From: Verrucomicrobiota bacterium
Lineage (GTDB): Bacteria; Verrucomicrobiota; Verrucomicrobiia; Limisphaerales; JAHDYP01
Assembly (NCBI GenBank): GCA_023383055.1
Contig: JAHDYP010000002.1
Span: 28,791-92,790 of the forward strand
Length of the DNA stretch: 64,000 nt
Direction of reading: 5' to 3'
Both the position numbers and the translations under genes were made by a program. How positions within the stretch are numbered: position 1 is the stretch's first letter; each line of letters begins with the position of its first letter. Below the pieces are notes generated by a model, which was given only the letters and a program-made list of their open reading frames with translations, was not told the origin of the DNA and ran no database searches. Of the stretch, positions 48,792-56,702 are shown piece by piece.

Positions 48792-50702
48792 TCACTTGGT
48801 AAGCCGATAGAAACGGCGGCCGTCCTCCGGCACGTTGGACACCACGTTGAGGGCCTGTTGAACCGCCGGCACCCCGCCCACGGCTCCCCAGTCCGACGGC
48901 GGTTCCAGTTGGCTGGCGCTCTCCAGCCGGTAACCGAAATGGGAGGATGGCCACGACACAATAACGTCCCGTTCGCTCCGCCGAACGGCCAGTCGCGGCG
49001 GTTGCCGGCTCACGTTCAAAGCGACCAACTCAATCCCTTCGTTCAAGCCGAGATTCCGACTGTAAAGCTTCTCCGCCGCGCTGTTCCAATGCTCGTGCAC
49101 CCCCAGGCTCTCGAGCCGCACCCCGTCCTGCTCCGGATCGTATGAAGCGCCCGAGGGCGGGTCGTCCGCCAACGCCGCCTCATGCAGGTAATCCTCCGCG
49201 CCCCCTTCGAGACTCCCCGGCGCGTTGACCCCGCCCGACACCACGTCCGGCCATTCGTTCTCCAGAAAATCGTGCGCCACCGAGTCGATGGCGACCGGAT
49301 CTTGCGACGCCAACAAACTGGAAGGCCAGTCTCCGGTCGTCCCGTCGCCAAACGGGGCACTCTTCCACTGGTACGGATGGGCATCCCAGTAATAACCGCC
49401 GAACAGCCCGTCGATCAGGTAAAGCACCGTCTTGCCGCCCAATTCCCGATGTCCCATCAAATCCACCAACGCCCGGTAATGGCCCATGCCGGGCGCCCAT
49501 TCGGCATTCGGCAGGCTCAAATGCAGGTTGTAGTAATCCGGATAACTCACCCCGCGCAACGAACCCACCGGCGTCCGCAGCAACGATCCATAATGGTTTT
49601 TCGCGCATACGGTGATGCCCGACGAATGTCCCTTGAGCACCGCAAAGTTGATCACATACGCCGCCCGCGCAAACGGCAACGGCACCCGATCCTGCCGCTT
49701 GCCCGCCGCCTCGGGCGTGCTCCAGTAAAACGACGTCGACGAAAACTCGGTCCGCACCCGGCCCCGTTCCCCCATCGTGTCGAAATACTGCACCTCCGGA
49801 AACTCCGGCGTCAGGATGTCCCACAGATAATTCGGAAACAACCCGGTCGGATCCCCGATGCTGATGTCTGCCGGCGCCACTCCGACCACGTAGACCAACT
49901 GCCGCAGCAGCGCCAGAATCATCTGCGGCGAGTTGTCGATCGCGTTCGCCAGGCTCGCCGGTTTCTCATACGTCCGCGTGTCGGCTCCGTTACACGTCGT
50001 CAAATTGATCTTGATCGCGATCTTCTCCCCCGGCTCATAGCCACGCCGCCCGTTCCCCCGGGTTTCATTAAAGTGCGCGAAAATCGCCTCCCACGACCCT
50101 GCATCGTCGTCCGCCCCCGCCACCCCCCGGATCGCCTGCGACATCATTTCTTCGACCACCGCGAGATCCGTGTGGTTCGTATACCACCAGCGTTCGGGCG
50201 AACTGTATCCCGCCCAATCGGTCGCGTCCGGCGCGTGCACCCAGACCACCCGGCCGGGATGAATCCCCTTCCCCACACCAATCGGACCGTGCGGCTCCGC
50301 CGGTCCGGCGTAAACCGGCGCCTTGGGCAAACCCACGACGGCCACCAGCGCCCCGGCCAGGGCCACCATCGCGCAAGCCCCCGCCAGAACCCAGCGTGAC
50401 GCCCGCGCGTGCGCCTTGCCGTGTCGCCACACCTTCACCGTCCCGGCCACACACAACAACCAGACGACAAAGCTGCTGGCCAACGGCGCCGCCGCCCGTT
50501 GACACGGATACGCCGCCCGGCTCGGCTTCGGAATCACCCGCACCAGAAACCAGATCAACGACACCAAACCAGTCCCGAGAAACCACCAACGAAAACGCCG
50601 CGCCGAACGGTCGGCCGACGATACCCGTCCCGCAACCGCGCGTACGCATGAATGGGGCTGGGGTTTCCCTGGACGACCAGCAGATGAACCATCCGTAGTC
50701 AT
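48792..50702 (-). CDS. DUF362-domain protein with an N-terminal membrane anchor and a C-terminal beta-sandwich tail
   Basis: 636 aa. It shows a DUF362-like pattern (KIAIKINLT.., AVLKGHSSGITVCAKNHYG, DPVAIDSVA) and a tail ending in ..RRFYRLTK, common in PVC secreted proteins. Confidence 0.6.
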   Translation of the reverse strand: MTTDGSSAGRPGKPQPHSCVRAVAGRVSSADRSARRFRWWFLGTGLVSLIWFLVRVIPKPSRAAYPCQRAAAPLASSFVVWLLCVAGTVKVWRHGKAHARASRWVLAGACAMVALAGALVAVVGLPKAPVYAGPAEPHGPIGVGKGIHPGRVVWVHAPDATDWAGYSSPERWWYTNHTDLAVVEEMMSQAIRGVAGADDDAGSWEAIFAHFNETRGNGRRGYEPGEKIAIKINLTTCNGADTRTYEKPASLANAIDNSPQMILALLRQLVYVVGVAPADISIGDPTGLFPNYLWDILTPEFPEVQYFDTMGERGRVRTEFSSTSFYWSTPEAAGKRQDRVPLPFARAAYVINFAVLKGHSSGITVCAKNHYGSLLRTPVGSLRGVSYPDYYNLHLSLPNAEWAPGMGHYRALVDLMGHRELGGKTVLYLIDGLFGGYYWDAHPYQWKSAPFGDGTTGDWPSSLLASQDPVAIDSVAHDFLENEWPDVVSGGVNAPGSLEGGAEDYLHEAALADDPPSGASYDPEQDGVRLESLGVHEHWNSAAEKLYSRNLGLNEGIELVALNVSRQPPRLAVRRSERDVIVSWPSSHFGYRLESASQLEPPSDWGAVGGVPAVQQALNVVSNVPEDGRRFYRLTK

Positions 50703-50836
50703 GCGTTAACCCTGACATTCGATCCCGCTGACGCAAGCCGGAATTCCGCCGCCGGCCTGAGCCGCAGCGAGCCCCTACTCCTGTCGCTCCATCTCCCCGG
50801 CCCGACCATTGGCTTCCCTTCGCTGTTGAACACGAC

Positions 50837-50857
50837 AAATCCCCAATCCCCAATCCC
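50837..50857. repeat. (AATCCCC) x3 heptamer repeat, GGGGATT on the minus strand
   Basis: AAATCCCCAATCCCCAATCCC lies 135 nt upstream of the DUF362 gene start. Confidence 0.85.
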
Positions 50858-51281
50858 TGATCTGCTCGATCCGTGGACGATCTTCCCCGTCAAGAGTTGT
50901 CACGGCCTGATTTCCGTCTGTCACTGGTGAATCGTGGGTATTTCGAGGGTTGGGGTCAGTTCCGCTTATCTTTAGTGCCACGTCGCATGCCAGGCGTCCA
51001 TCCATCGCTGGGCCGTAGCCAACCATAAGCGGAACCGACCCGCTTCACCCACTGTGGAATCAGCCTCACCCACTTTGAATCGCACCCTTCCCCACGGTCC
51101 CCGTCCTCTGTTTGGGGACATCATCAAGCCCCCCGTTCGGACGCGTGGGCCTTAAACCGGGCGCGCATCGAACGCGAAATCATGGCGAACACTGCGGCGG
51201 GGGATGCGGGGATGGTGGAATGGGCCAAGGCTGCAGGCATTGTGCTCGCATGGCGATGGGAGCGAAAGGATGAAAACATGC

Positions 51282-51318
51282 TTGCCATGCTACATCTGTA
51301 AACTATACTACGCCTGTA
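51282..51318 (+). promoter_or_regulatory. sigma70-like promoter (TTGCCA-N16-TATACT) with embedded BlaI/MecI-type TACA/TGTA operator dyads
   Basis: TTGCCA lies at 51282-51287 and TATACT at 51304-51309. TACATCTGTA (51291-51300) sits in the spacer and TACGCCTGTA (51309-51318) just downstream. GCTACA (51289-51294) and TGTAGC (51315-51320) form an outer inverted repeat. The ATG follows at 51323. Confidence 0.55.
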
Positions 51319-51322
51319 GCCT

Positions 51323-51700
51323 ATGAATGGATCCCTCCGCATTTCCGAATCTGAGTGGGAAGTCATGAATCTTGTCTGGCGGGAGAGTCCCGCAACTGCC
51401 GCCGGCATTGTTGCAGAACTTTCCGAACGTAAAGGATGGCATGTCCGCACGATCCGGACCTTGATTGACCGCCTGGTCCGCAAGGGCGCGCTCAAGATCA
51501 AGGAAGACGGCCGACGCTATCTTTACTATCCCGGGATTCGCCGGGAAGTGTGCGTGCGGCAGGCGAGCCAGACTTTCATGGCCAGGGTATTTGAGGGCGC
51601 GCCGGCCAGCCTGGTGCTGAATCTCGTGCGCAAGACGCCGCTCGACAAAAAGGAAATCGCCGAACTGCGACGAATCCTGGATGCCAAGGAGGATGAGTGA
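51323..51700 (+). CDS. BlaI/MecI/CopY family transcriptional repressor
   Basis: 125 aa. The winged-helix N-terminus reads ISESEWEVMNLVW...TAAGIVAELSERKGWHVRTIRTLIDRLVRKGAL, and a C-terminal dimerisation helix follows. Confidence 0.85.
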   Translation: MNGSLRISESEWEVMNLVWRESPATAAGIVAELSERKGWHVRTIRTLIDRLVRKGALKIKEDGRRYLYYPGIRREVCVRQASQTFMARVFEGAPASLVLNLVRKTPLDKKEIAELRRILDAKEDE

Positions 51701-51702
51701 GT

Positions 51703-54700
51703 ATGTGGGATTGCGTTATCTTGGGGTTTGAGTGGGTGCTCCAAGCCTCATGGAAAGCCTCGGTGCTGGTGTGCCTGGTCTTGCTGGTTCAGTGGATTTT
51801 GGGCCGAAGGCTTTCACCCCGTTGGAGATACGGGCTCTGGTGTATCGTGCTGATCAGACTGTTGGCTCCCGGCTTACCGGAGAGTCCTGTCAGTGTTTAC
51901 TCATTGGCCCGCCCAGCAGGTCTGCCCAGGGCACCGGAGGCATCGTTGCGCGGATCATCTCCCGATGAGTTCACGGCAATGTCAACCGCCGATGAACGAG
52001 TCGTCGCTGATCAGCACCAGGAGAAACGGGGGACACCGTCCGCGGCAGCACGGTCCCACGCGACAGTCTCAGCTGAAGTCCCTCTGCCCACGGGAACCGC
52101 CGCCGACGAAAGATCATCCGCGCCTCGGTTTACCGCGATCGACTGGTGCGCTTTGGCCTGGTTACTCGGTGTGATGGCAATCGGCACGGTCAACACAACG
52201 AAGCTACTGAGGTTCAGGCGACAGTTGTCCCACGCCACCCCGATCACCGACCCGCGGCTGACGGAACTCGTCCACTGTTGCCATCTCGACCTGGGGCTGT
52301 CACGTCATATACCAGTCCTGGAAACCTCGGCAGTCTCCAGTCCGACACTGTTTGGAGTCTCACGTCCCTCTTTGCTTCTACCGCGGAAACTCACGGAGCA
52401 GTTTTCTGTCAATGAACTGCACCACGTCATTCTCCACGAACTCTTGCACTACAAGCGGCGCGATGCCTGGGTCAATGTGCTGGTCAGCGTGCTGGTTCAG
52501 CTGCATTGGTTTAACCCCCTGTTGATCCTGGCGGCCTGGCGCGTCCGGGTTGAGCTGGAGATGGCGTGTGACGCGGCGGTCGTGGAGCAGCTCCCCCGCG
52601 GGCATTCAAAGCTGTATGGCGAGACGATCCTCAAGTGCCTTGCGTCTTGGACCACTGCTGCTGACAGTTCAGGATTGAGAATGTGGAGCCGAAGCGGAGA
52701 GATGCGCCAAAGACTCAACCAGATTGTCCGGTTCTCGAGCCGGCGAACGCCTGTCTGGATCGCTCTGACGGCAATCGCCCTGCTGATCCTCATAGGGCTG
52801 ACCGATCCGAGGCTCCTCAGGCAAATCGAGGCCGTTGGAGTGCCCACCCAATCGCTGTCCGACTCGCAGAGACTTGAGGCACTGATGAGGCAAACACAGT
52901 GGGACTTTGGTTGCTGGGATCCTGTCGAAAGCGTGGTGGTTGAACAAGCCACAGTGCGCGTCGTCTTTTCTCTTCCCGATGGCTCCACCCACGAAGTCCA
53001 GGGACTCACCGACGCCCGCGGACAATGGAAAGTAGAGCCACCCCTTCGCTTCGATCGAATCGTGCGGGCGAGCGCCGCCAAGCCGGGTTACGTCCCTGTC
53101 ACGCTTACGGCCAAAGGTGACAACCCCATTGATCCGATCCACATAAGCCAATTCAGGCTCAGTCGGCCTGAACGGATAGCCGGGACTGTGATTGACCCAA
53201 CGGGGGCTCCGGTCGAGGGAGCACTTATCGCCGTAAGCGGCCGCGATGCCGGTGGCGCTGGCATCAAGACCTATGGTCCGGGTGAAGCATCGGCTACCAC
53301 TGACTCAAGCGGCAGGTGGAGCATCGACCAATTGAACCGCGCCAGCATCTTCGAGCTGTCGGTTGCGAAGTCGGGCTACGTTTCGAGGACAAATAAGTGC
53401 GGGGGACCTCCCCTATTTCCCTTCCAGCAAGGTGCTTTGCAGTTGGGAACCGATATCAGTCTTTTCCTGGCGAGACCAACCGCGATACAGGGTTCCGTCG
53501 TAGACTGGCGCGGTAACCCGATTGGGGGCGCCTCCGTGTTGATTCGTCGAGGGGGAGATGGATTCCAAGACAAGGTCGTCACGGGAGCCAATGGTCAGTT
53601 TTCATTTTCGTCCATTCCTCCCGACTATAGCACACTTCAGAATATGCCTTCGATTCAAGAACTGACATTGCTGGTGAGGGCGACGAATTGCGCGCCGGTC
53701 GTGAGGACTTTGCCTCGCGAGATTTCGAGTATCGAAGGGCTGCGGGTCGTGCTCAGTCCTGGGCAGCGCTTTGAAGGGCACGTGATCGACCAGGATCGTC
53801 AGCCTGTGCCTGACGCGCACGTCCGGACCGATTTCGGAGCGTCCCTGAAGACCGATGAGCGCGGAGTTTTCCTGGTGGAGCATGCCCCGGATACGCTGCA
53901 CGTTTCCGTGCAAAAGGAGGGTTATGACTCCGTCGCATCCGCGGTGATCATCCCTCTGATACAGACGAATGCGATCACCCTGCGTCGGCTCGGACACATT
54001 CAGGGAACCGTAAGCGATTCGGTCACCCGCGAACCACTGCCGTCGTTTCGGCTCATGCTTCTTCCAGAACACACTCGTGTGACTGTGAATGACCCTTCTT
54101 CCGTCATCATCTCTAACTTCACCGGAGGCCGCTTTACGCTTGCCACCTCGGCACTCTACCCTCGCCCACGACGGCGGCTCCTTATACAGGCACCCGACTA
54201 TCGCACGGTCATCACCGATGTCGTCGACGGAAGAAGTGGAGACGTAACGCTCGATATTGCCCTCGAGCGGGAGCCATGGATACACGGGACGGTCGTCTCG
54301 GTTGATGGCACACCGGTTGAAGGCGCAAGCGTCAGCCTTGTTTCCAGTAAAAGCGAGCCATGGGATTCAGCCGTCCAGCTCATGCACCCTGAAGCTCGCT
54401 CGATGGTCGAACTTATCATCGGCACTCCGTTACGCACCCCGCCGGATGGTGAGTTTCATGTCCCGAGAATTCATGCATCGATTCTTGAGGCTCTGAGGGA
54501 CAACCGCAGATCTCAAATGTCGAGTTCAGGCGAACAGTCCGGTACCCACGACTTCATTGTTGTCAAACACCCTCTCGGTTTCGTGGAATCGCCGCTGGAA
54601 TCATGGCCGGAGGACGGCAAGCTGGTCCTTCAGCCGCTCGGCACGATCAAAGGTCGGATTGGCAGTGCCCCAGCCGTGCAGCATCCCTACACCGTTCAGA

Positions 54701-55914
54701 TCTCGCGACTCGTTGGCGGCACAACACAGGCAATATCATACGGACCTGGCAGCGAGCAACCGCGCTCAGCGGAGCCGCAAGCCCACGCGGTCGACGAGCA
54801 CGGAACCTTCGAAGCTCGCAATCTGTATCCAGGAACCTATGAGGTCATTCTGATGTTTCCGTTGAGTAGCAGTTCATCAACAAGCTTCCATGGAGAAAGG
54901 GTTGAGGTGCGGCCAGGGACCACGACCGAAGTCACACTACTTGGAGATACACGTTTGGCTAAAGGACGTGTCGTCTGCGCTAGTCTCACCAACTTCGAGT
55001 GGTCGCCGCATCTCAGCCCCATGAGCGACGGCCTGGGTAGTCGAGCAGGATTGCGCCAGTTCACCTCAGGAACCGCGCCGGCTGCCAGCAGAACTCCCTC
55101 AGGCCGTGGCACCCCACTGCGATTCGAACCGGACGGCAGCTTTCTCACGGCGAACCTTGCGCCTGGAACATACGAGTTGTCGCTGATGATCGGTGACGGT
55201 GCTCCGCATGTGATCGATGAATTCAAACCGCGACGTCGAAACCGATCGAGCCCAATGTCGTTCGATCCGCGCGAACGGCCTAGAAGCCGTGACTTAAATC
55301 GCCTCGTGATCTTCGAGTTGCTCACTGGCGTCGCAAAATCCCCACGAGACCCTGGCGACTGGATCATGGGGGCCGCCCCCATTGCCTGTCTGCGCTCCGT
55401 AGTCGAGATTCCACCTGGACCAGCGGACACCCTGGTCGACCTCGGGACTCTTGAGGTCGTAAGCCAACTACGCCTGGACCTCGGTGACCCTGCACCCCAC
55501 TTCGATATTGAGGCACTTGACGGGGGACGAATACGCCTCTCCGATTACCACGGAAAGTGGTTGACGCTGTTCTTCTGGCATAGTGGTGGGCTCGGGACGT
55601 CTTGCGAAATGGAACTCCGTAACCTGAACATGCTTTGGACCGACTTCCGGGACAAGCCCCAGTTCGCACTCGCAGGTGTTGTCTTGGACGAGCATCCCGA
55701 GGACGCACGCAAGTCGGCTGCGGCGGCGCCTGAATTGCGGCATGGATATGACGGGGGGTGGAAAACGAGTCAGCTCGTGAAGCAGTTCGGCATCATCGCC
55801 GTGCCCTCAACGTTTCTGATCGATCCCGAAGGCAAGATCGCGGGCTATAACCTGTGGTCCCAGCCACTTGCTGATGTTCTGGACAAGATCGTTGCCAGCC
55901 GCGAGCAGAAATGA
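51703..55914 (+). CDS. giant BlaR1-type M56 peptidase-domain sensor with multiple CarboxypepD_reg-like beta-sandwich repeats and a C-terminal thioredoxin-fold domain
   Basis: About 1,403 aa (the track start GTG 51697 overlaps the blaI stop; an ATG lies at 51703). TM helices and HELLH (52435-52449) with the FNPL.. context indicate M56. At least 6 repeats follow the pattern [IF].G.V.D..G.PV..A.V. The last ~150 aa resemble a TlpA/redoxin fold. Confidence 0.85.
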   Translation: MWDCVILGFEWVLQASWKASVLVCLVLLVQWILGRRLSPRWRYGLWCIVLIRLLAPGLPESPVSVYSLARPAGLPRAPEASLRGSSPDEFTAMSTADERVVADQHQEKRGTPSAAARSHATVSAEVPLPTGTAADERSSAPRFTAIDWCALAWLLGVMAIGTVNTTKLLRFRRQLSHATPITDPRLTELVHCCHLDLGLSRHIPVLETSAVSSPTLFGVSRPSLLLPRKLTEQFSVNELHHVILHELLHYKRRDAWVNVLVSVLVQLHWFNPLLILAAWRVRVELEMACDAAVVEQLPRGHSKLYGETILKCLASWTTAADSSGLRMWSRSGEMRQRLNQIVRFSSRRTPVWIALTAIALLILIGLTDPRLLRQIEAVGVPTQSLSDSQRLEALMRQTQWDFGCWDPVESVVVEQATVRVVFSLPDGSTHEVQGLTDARGQWKVEPPLRFDRIVRASAAKPGYVPVTLTAKGDNPIDPIHISQFRLSRPERIAGTVIDPTGAPVEGALIAVSGRDAGGAGIKTYGPGEASATTDSSGRWSIDQLNRASIFELSVAKSGYVSRTNKCGGPPLFPFQQGALQLGTDISLFLARPTAIQGSVVDWRGNPIGGASVLIRRGGDGFQDKVVTGANGQFSFSSIPPDYSTLQNMPSIQELTLLVRATNCAPVVRTLPREISSIEGLRVVLSPGQRFEGHVIDQDRQPVPDAHVRTDFGASLKTDERGVFLVEHAPDTLHVSVQKEGYDSVASAVIIPLIQTNAITLRRLGHIQGTVSDSVTREPLPSFRLMLLPEHTRVTVNDPSSVIISNFTGGRFTLATSALYPRPRRRLLIQAPDYRTVITDVVDGRSGDVTLDIALEREPWIHGTVVSVDGTPVEGASVSLVSSKSEPWDSAVQLMHPEARSMVELIIGTPLRTPPDGEFHVPRIHASILEALRDNRRSQMSSSGEQSGTHDFIVVKHPLGFVESPLESWPEDGKLVLQPLGTIKGRIGSAPAVQHPYTVQISRLVGGTTQAISYGPGSEQPRSAEPQAHAVDEHGTFEARNLYPGTYEVILMFPLSSSSSTSFHGERVEVRPGTTTEVTLLGDTRLAKGRVVCASLTNFEWSPHLSPMSDGLGSRAGLRQFTSGTAPAASRTPSGRGTPLRFEPDGSFLTANLAPGTYELSLMIGDGAPHVIDEFKPRRRNRSSPMSFDPRERPRSRDLNRLVIFELLTGVAKSPRDPGDWIMGAAPIACLRSVVEIPPGPADTLVDLGTLEVVSQLRLDLGDPAPHFDIEALDGGRIRLSDYHGKWLTLFFWHSGGLGTSCEMELRNLNMLWTDFRDKPQFALAGVVLDEHPEDARKSAAAAPELRHGYDGGWKTSQLVKQFGIIAVPSTFLIDPEGKIAGYNLWSQPLADVLDKIVASREQK

Positions 55915-55963
55915 AGGGACAACACGAGCTGCATCGGCCTTCCTGTCCCCGAGAAGTTGAGCA

Positions 55964-56269
55964 GTGCGCTTCAGCGTGGCCGGTCAGTGTCCGAGAATCG
56001 CGCAGCCAATTGAAAGGAGCATGACTGTGAGTCAACTCGTAACGGCAAATGCCGCTCCAGAGCAAGGGGGCGGGCATGGGACCCATCATCGGCGTCACCC
56101 AATTCGCCGACGCAGGTTAAGCCGGAGCCAACGCGCCGAGTTTTGGCTTTACCTGGCGGCGTGTGTCATCTGTATCGGCGCGTTGACCGCGTATTTGGCA
56201 GTTCCCCACCTTCTGCCTGACCTGGGCCAGCGATTGAGGGATTTTGTCTCCTACCTTTTCGGTCCCTGA
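55964..56269 (+). CDS. hypothetical small membrane protein (weak call)
   Basis: The start is GTG (an alternative ATG lies at 56021). It has one TM segment (FWLYLAACVICIGALTAYLAV) and an Arg-rich N-terminus. I recognise no family. Confidence 0.25.
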   Translation: MRFSVAGQCPRIAQPIERSMTVSQLVTANAAPEQGGGHGTHHRRHPIRRRRLSRSQRAEFWLYLAACVICIGALTAYLAVPHLLPDLGQRLRDFVSYLFGP

Positions 56270-56335
56270 TTGGGAACCGATCCGTTTTTCCGACTGCCAA
56301 ATGCCGGCCAGACATTGGCGAAGATTCTGAAGGAA

Positions 56336-56425
56336 TGGCGGAAGGGGTGGGATTCGAACCCACGGTAGGCTCACGCCTACTCCTGATTTCGAGTCAGGTG
56401 CATTAAACCACTCTACCACCCTTCC
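56336..56425 (-). tRNA. tRNA-Ser (anticodon CGA), CCA encoded
   Basis: The reverse strand reads GGAAGGG-TG-GTA-GAGTGGTTTAA-TGC-A-CCTGA-CTCGAAA-TCAGG-[long variable arm AGTAGGCGTGAGCCTACC]-GTGGG-TTCGAAT-CCCAC-CCCTTCC-G-CCA. It forms a clean cloverleaf with a 7-bp acceptor stem and a class II variable arm. Confidence 0.92.
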
Positions 56426-56510
56426 GCATCACCAAACCCGGCGTAACCGTAAGGGGACTTCCCGGACACGGCAAGCCTTCTGTGGGCCGGTCGCCGGAGG
56501 GCGGCGCTCC

Positions 56511-56702
56511 GACCACTTCTCCGATCGCGAGTTCGGCGAGTGGTATGGCTATCTCCACCGCGATGGCACCGTTTCCTCACGCGTCAAAGGCACCCTGTGG
56601 AAAGGCCCGTTTCATCTCCCCCGCATGCTCTGGCTCTGTGCCGCGCTGCTCGCCGACCCGCCCTCCGCCCCCGCCAATGCCGCCAGCGGGAGCCGAACGT
56701 AG
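56511..56702 (+). pseudogene. 3'-terminal relic of an N-acylglucosamine 2-epimerase (AGE) family gene
   Basis: The frame reads DHFSDREFGEWYGYLHRDGTVSSRVKGTLWKGPFHLPRMLWLCAALL..*, the conserved C-terminal ~50 aa of AGE-family epimerases. The rest of the gene (about 1.1 kb) is missing and its place is taken by tRNA-Ser. Confidence 0.65.

Noticed and set aside
51124-51501. 125-aa minus ORF upstream of and overlapping blaI
   Set aside because: It is antisense to the well-supported BlaI-family gene and its promoter/operator. No motif is recognisable.
50703-56335. Classical tRNA-integrated genomic island with integrase and att repeats
   Set aside because: No integrase, recombinase or transposase ORF was found. 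I could not find a direct repeat of the tRNA-Ser 3' end in 50703-51322; GGGGATGGTGGAATGGG near 51200 is only a vague resemblance. It is reported only as a possible old acquisition or rearrangement.
56117-56419. 100-aa minus ORF (and 56166..56363) overlapping the tRNA
   Set aside because: It is simply the translation of the tRNA-Ser gene and its downstream flank. The tRNA cloverleaf explains the sequence.
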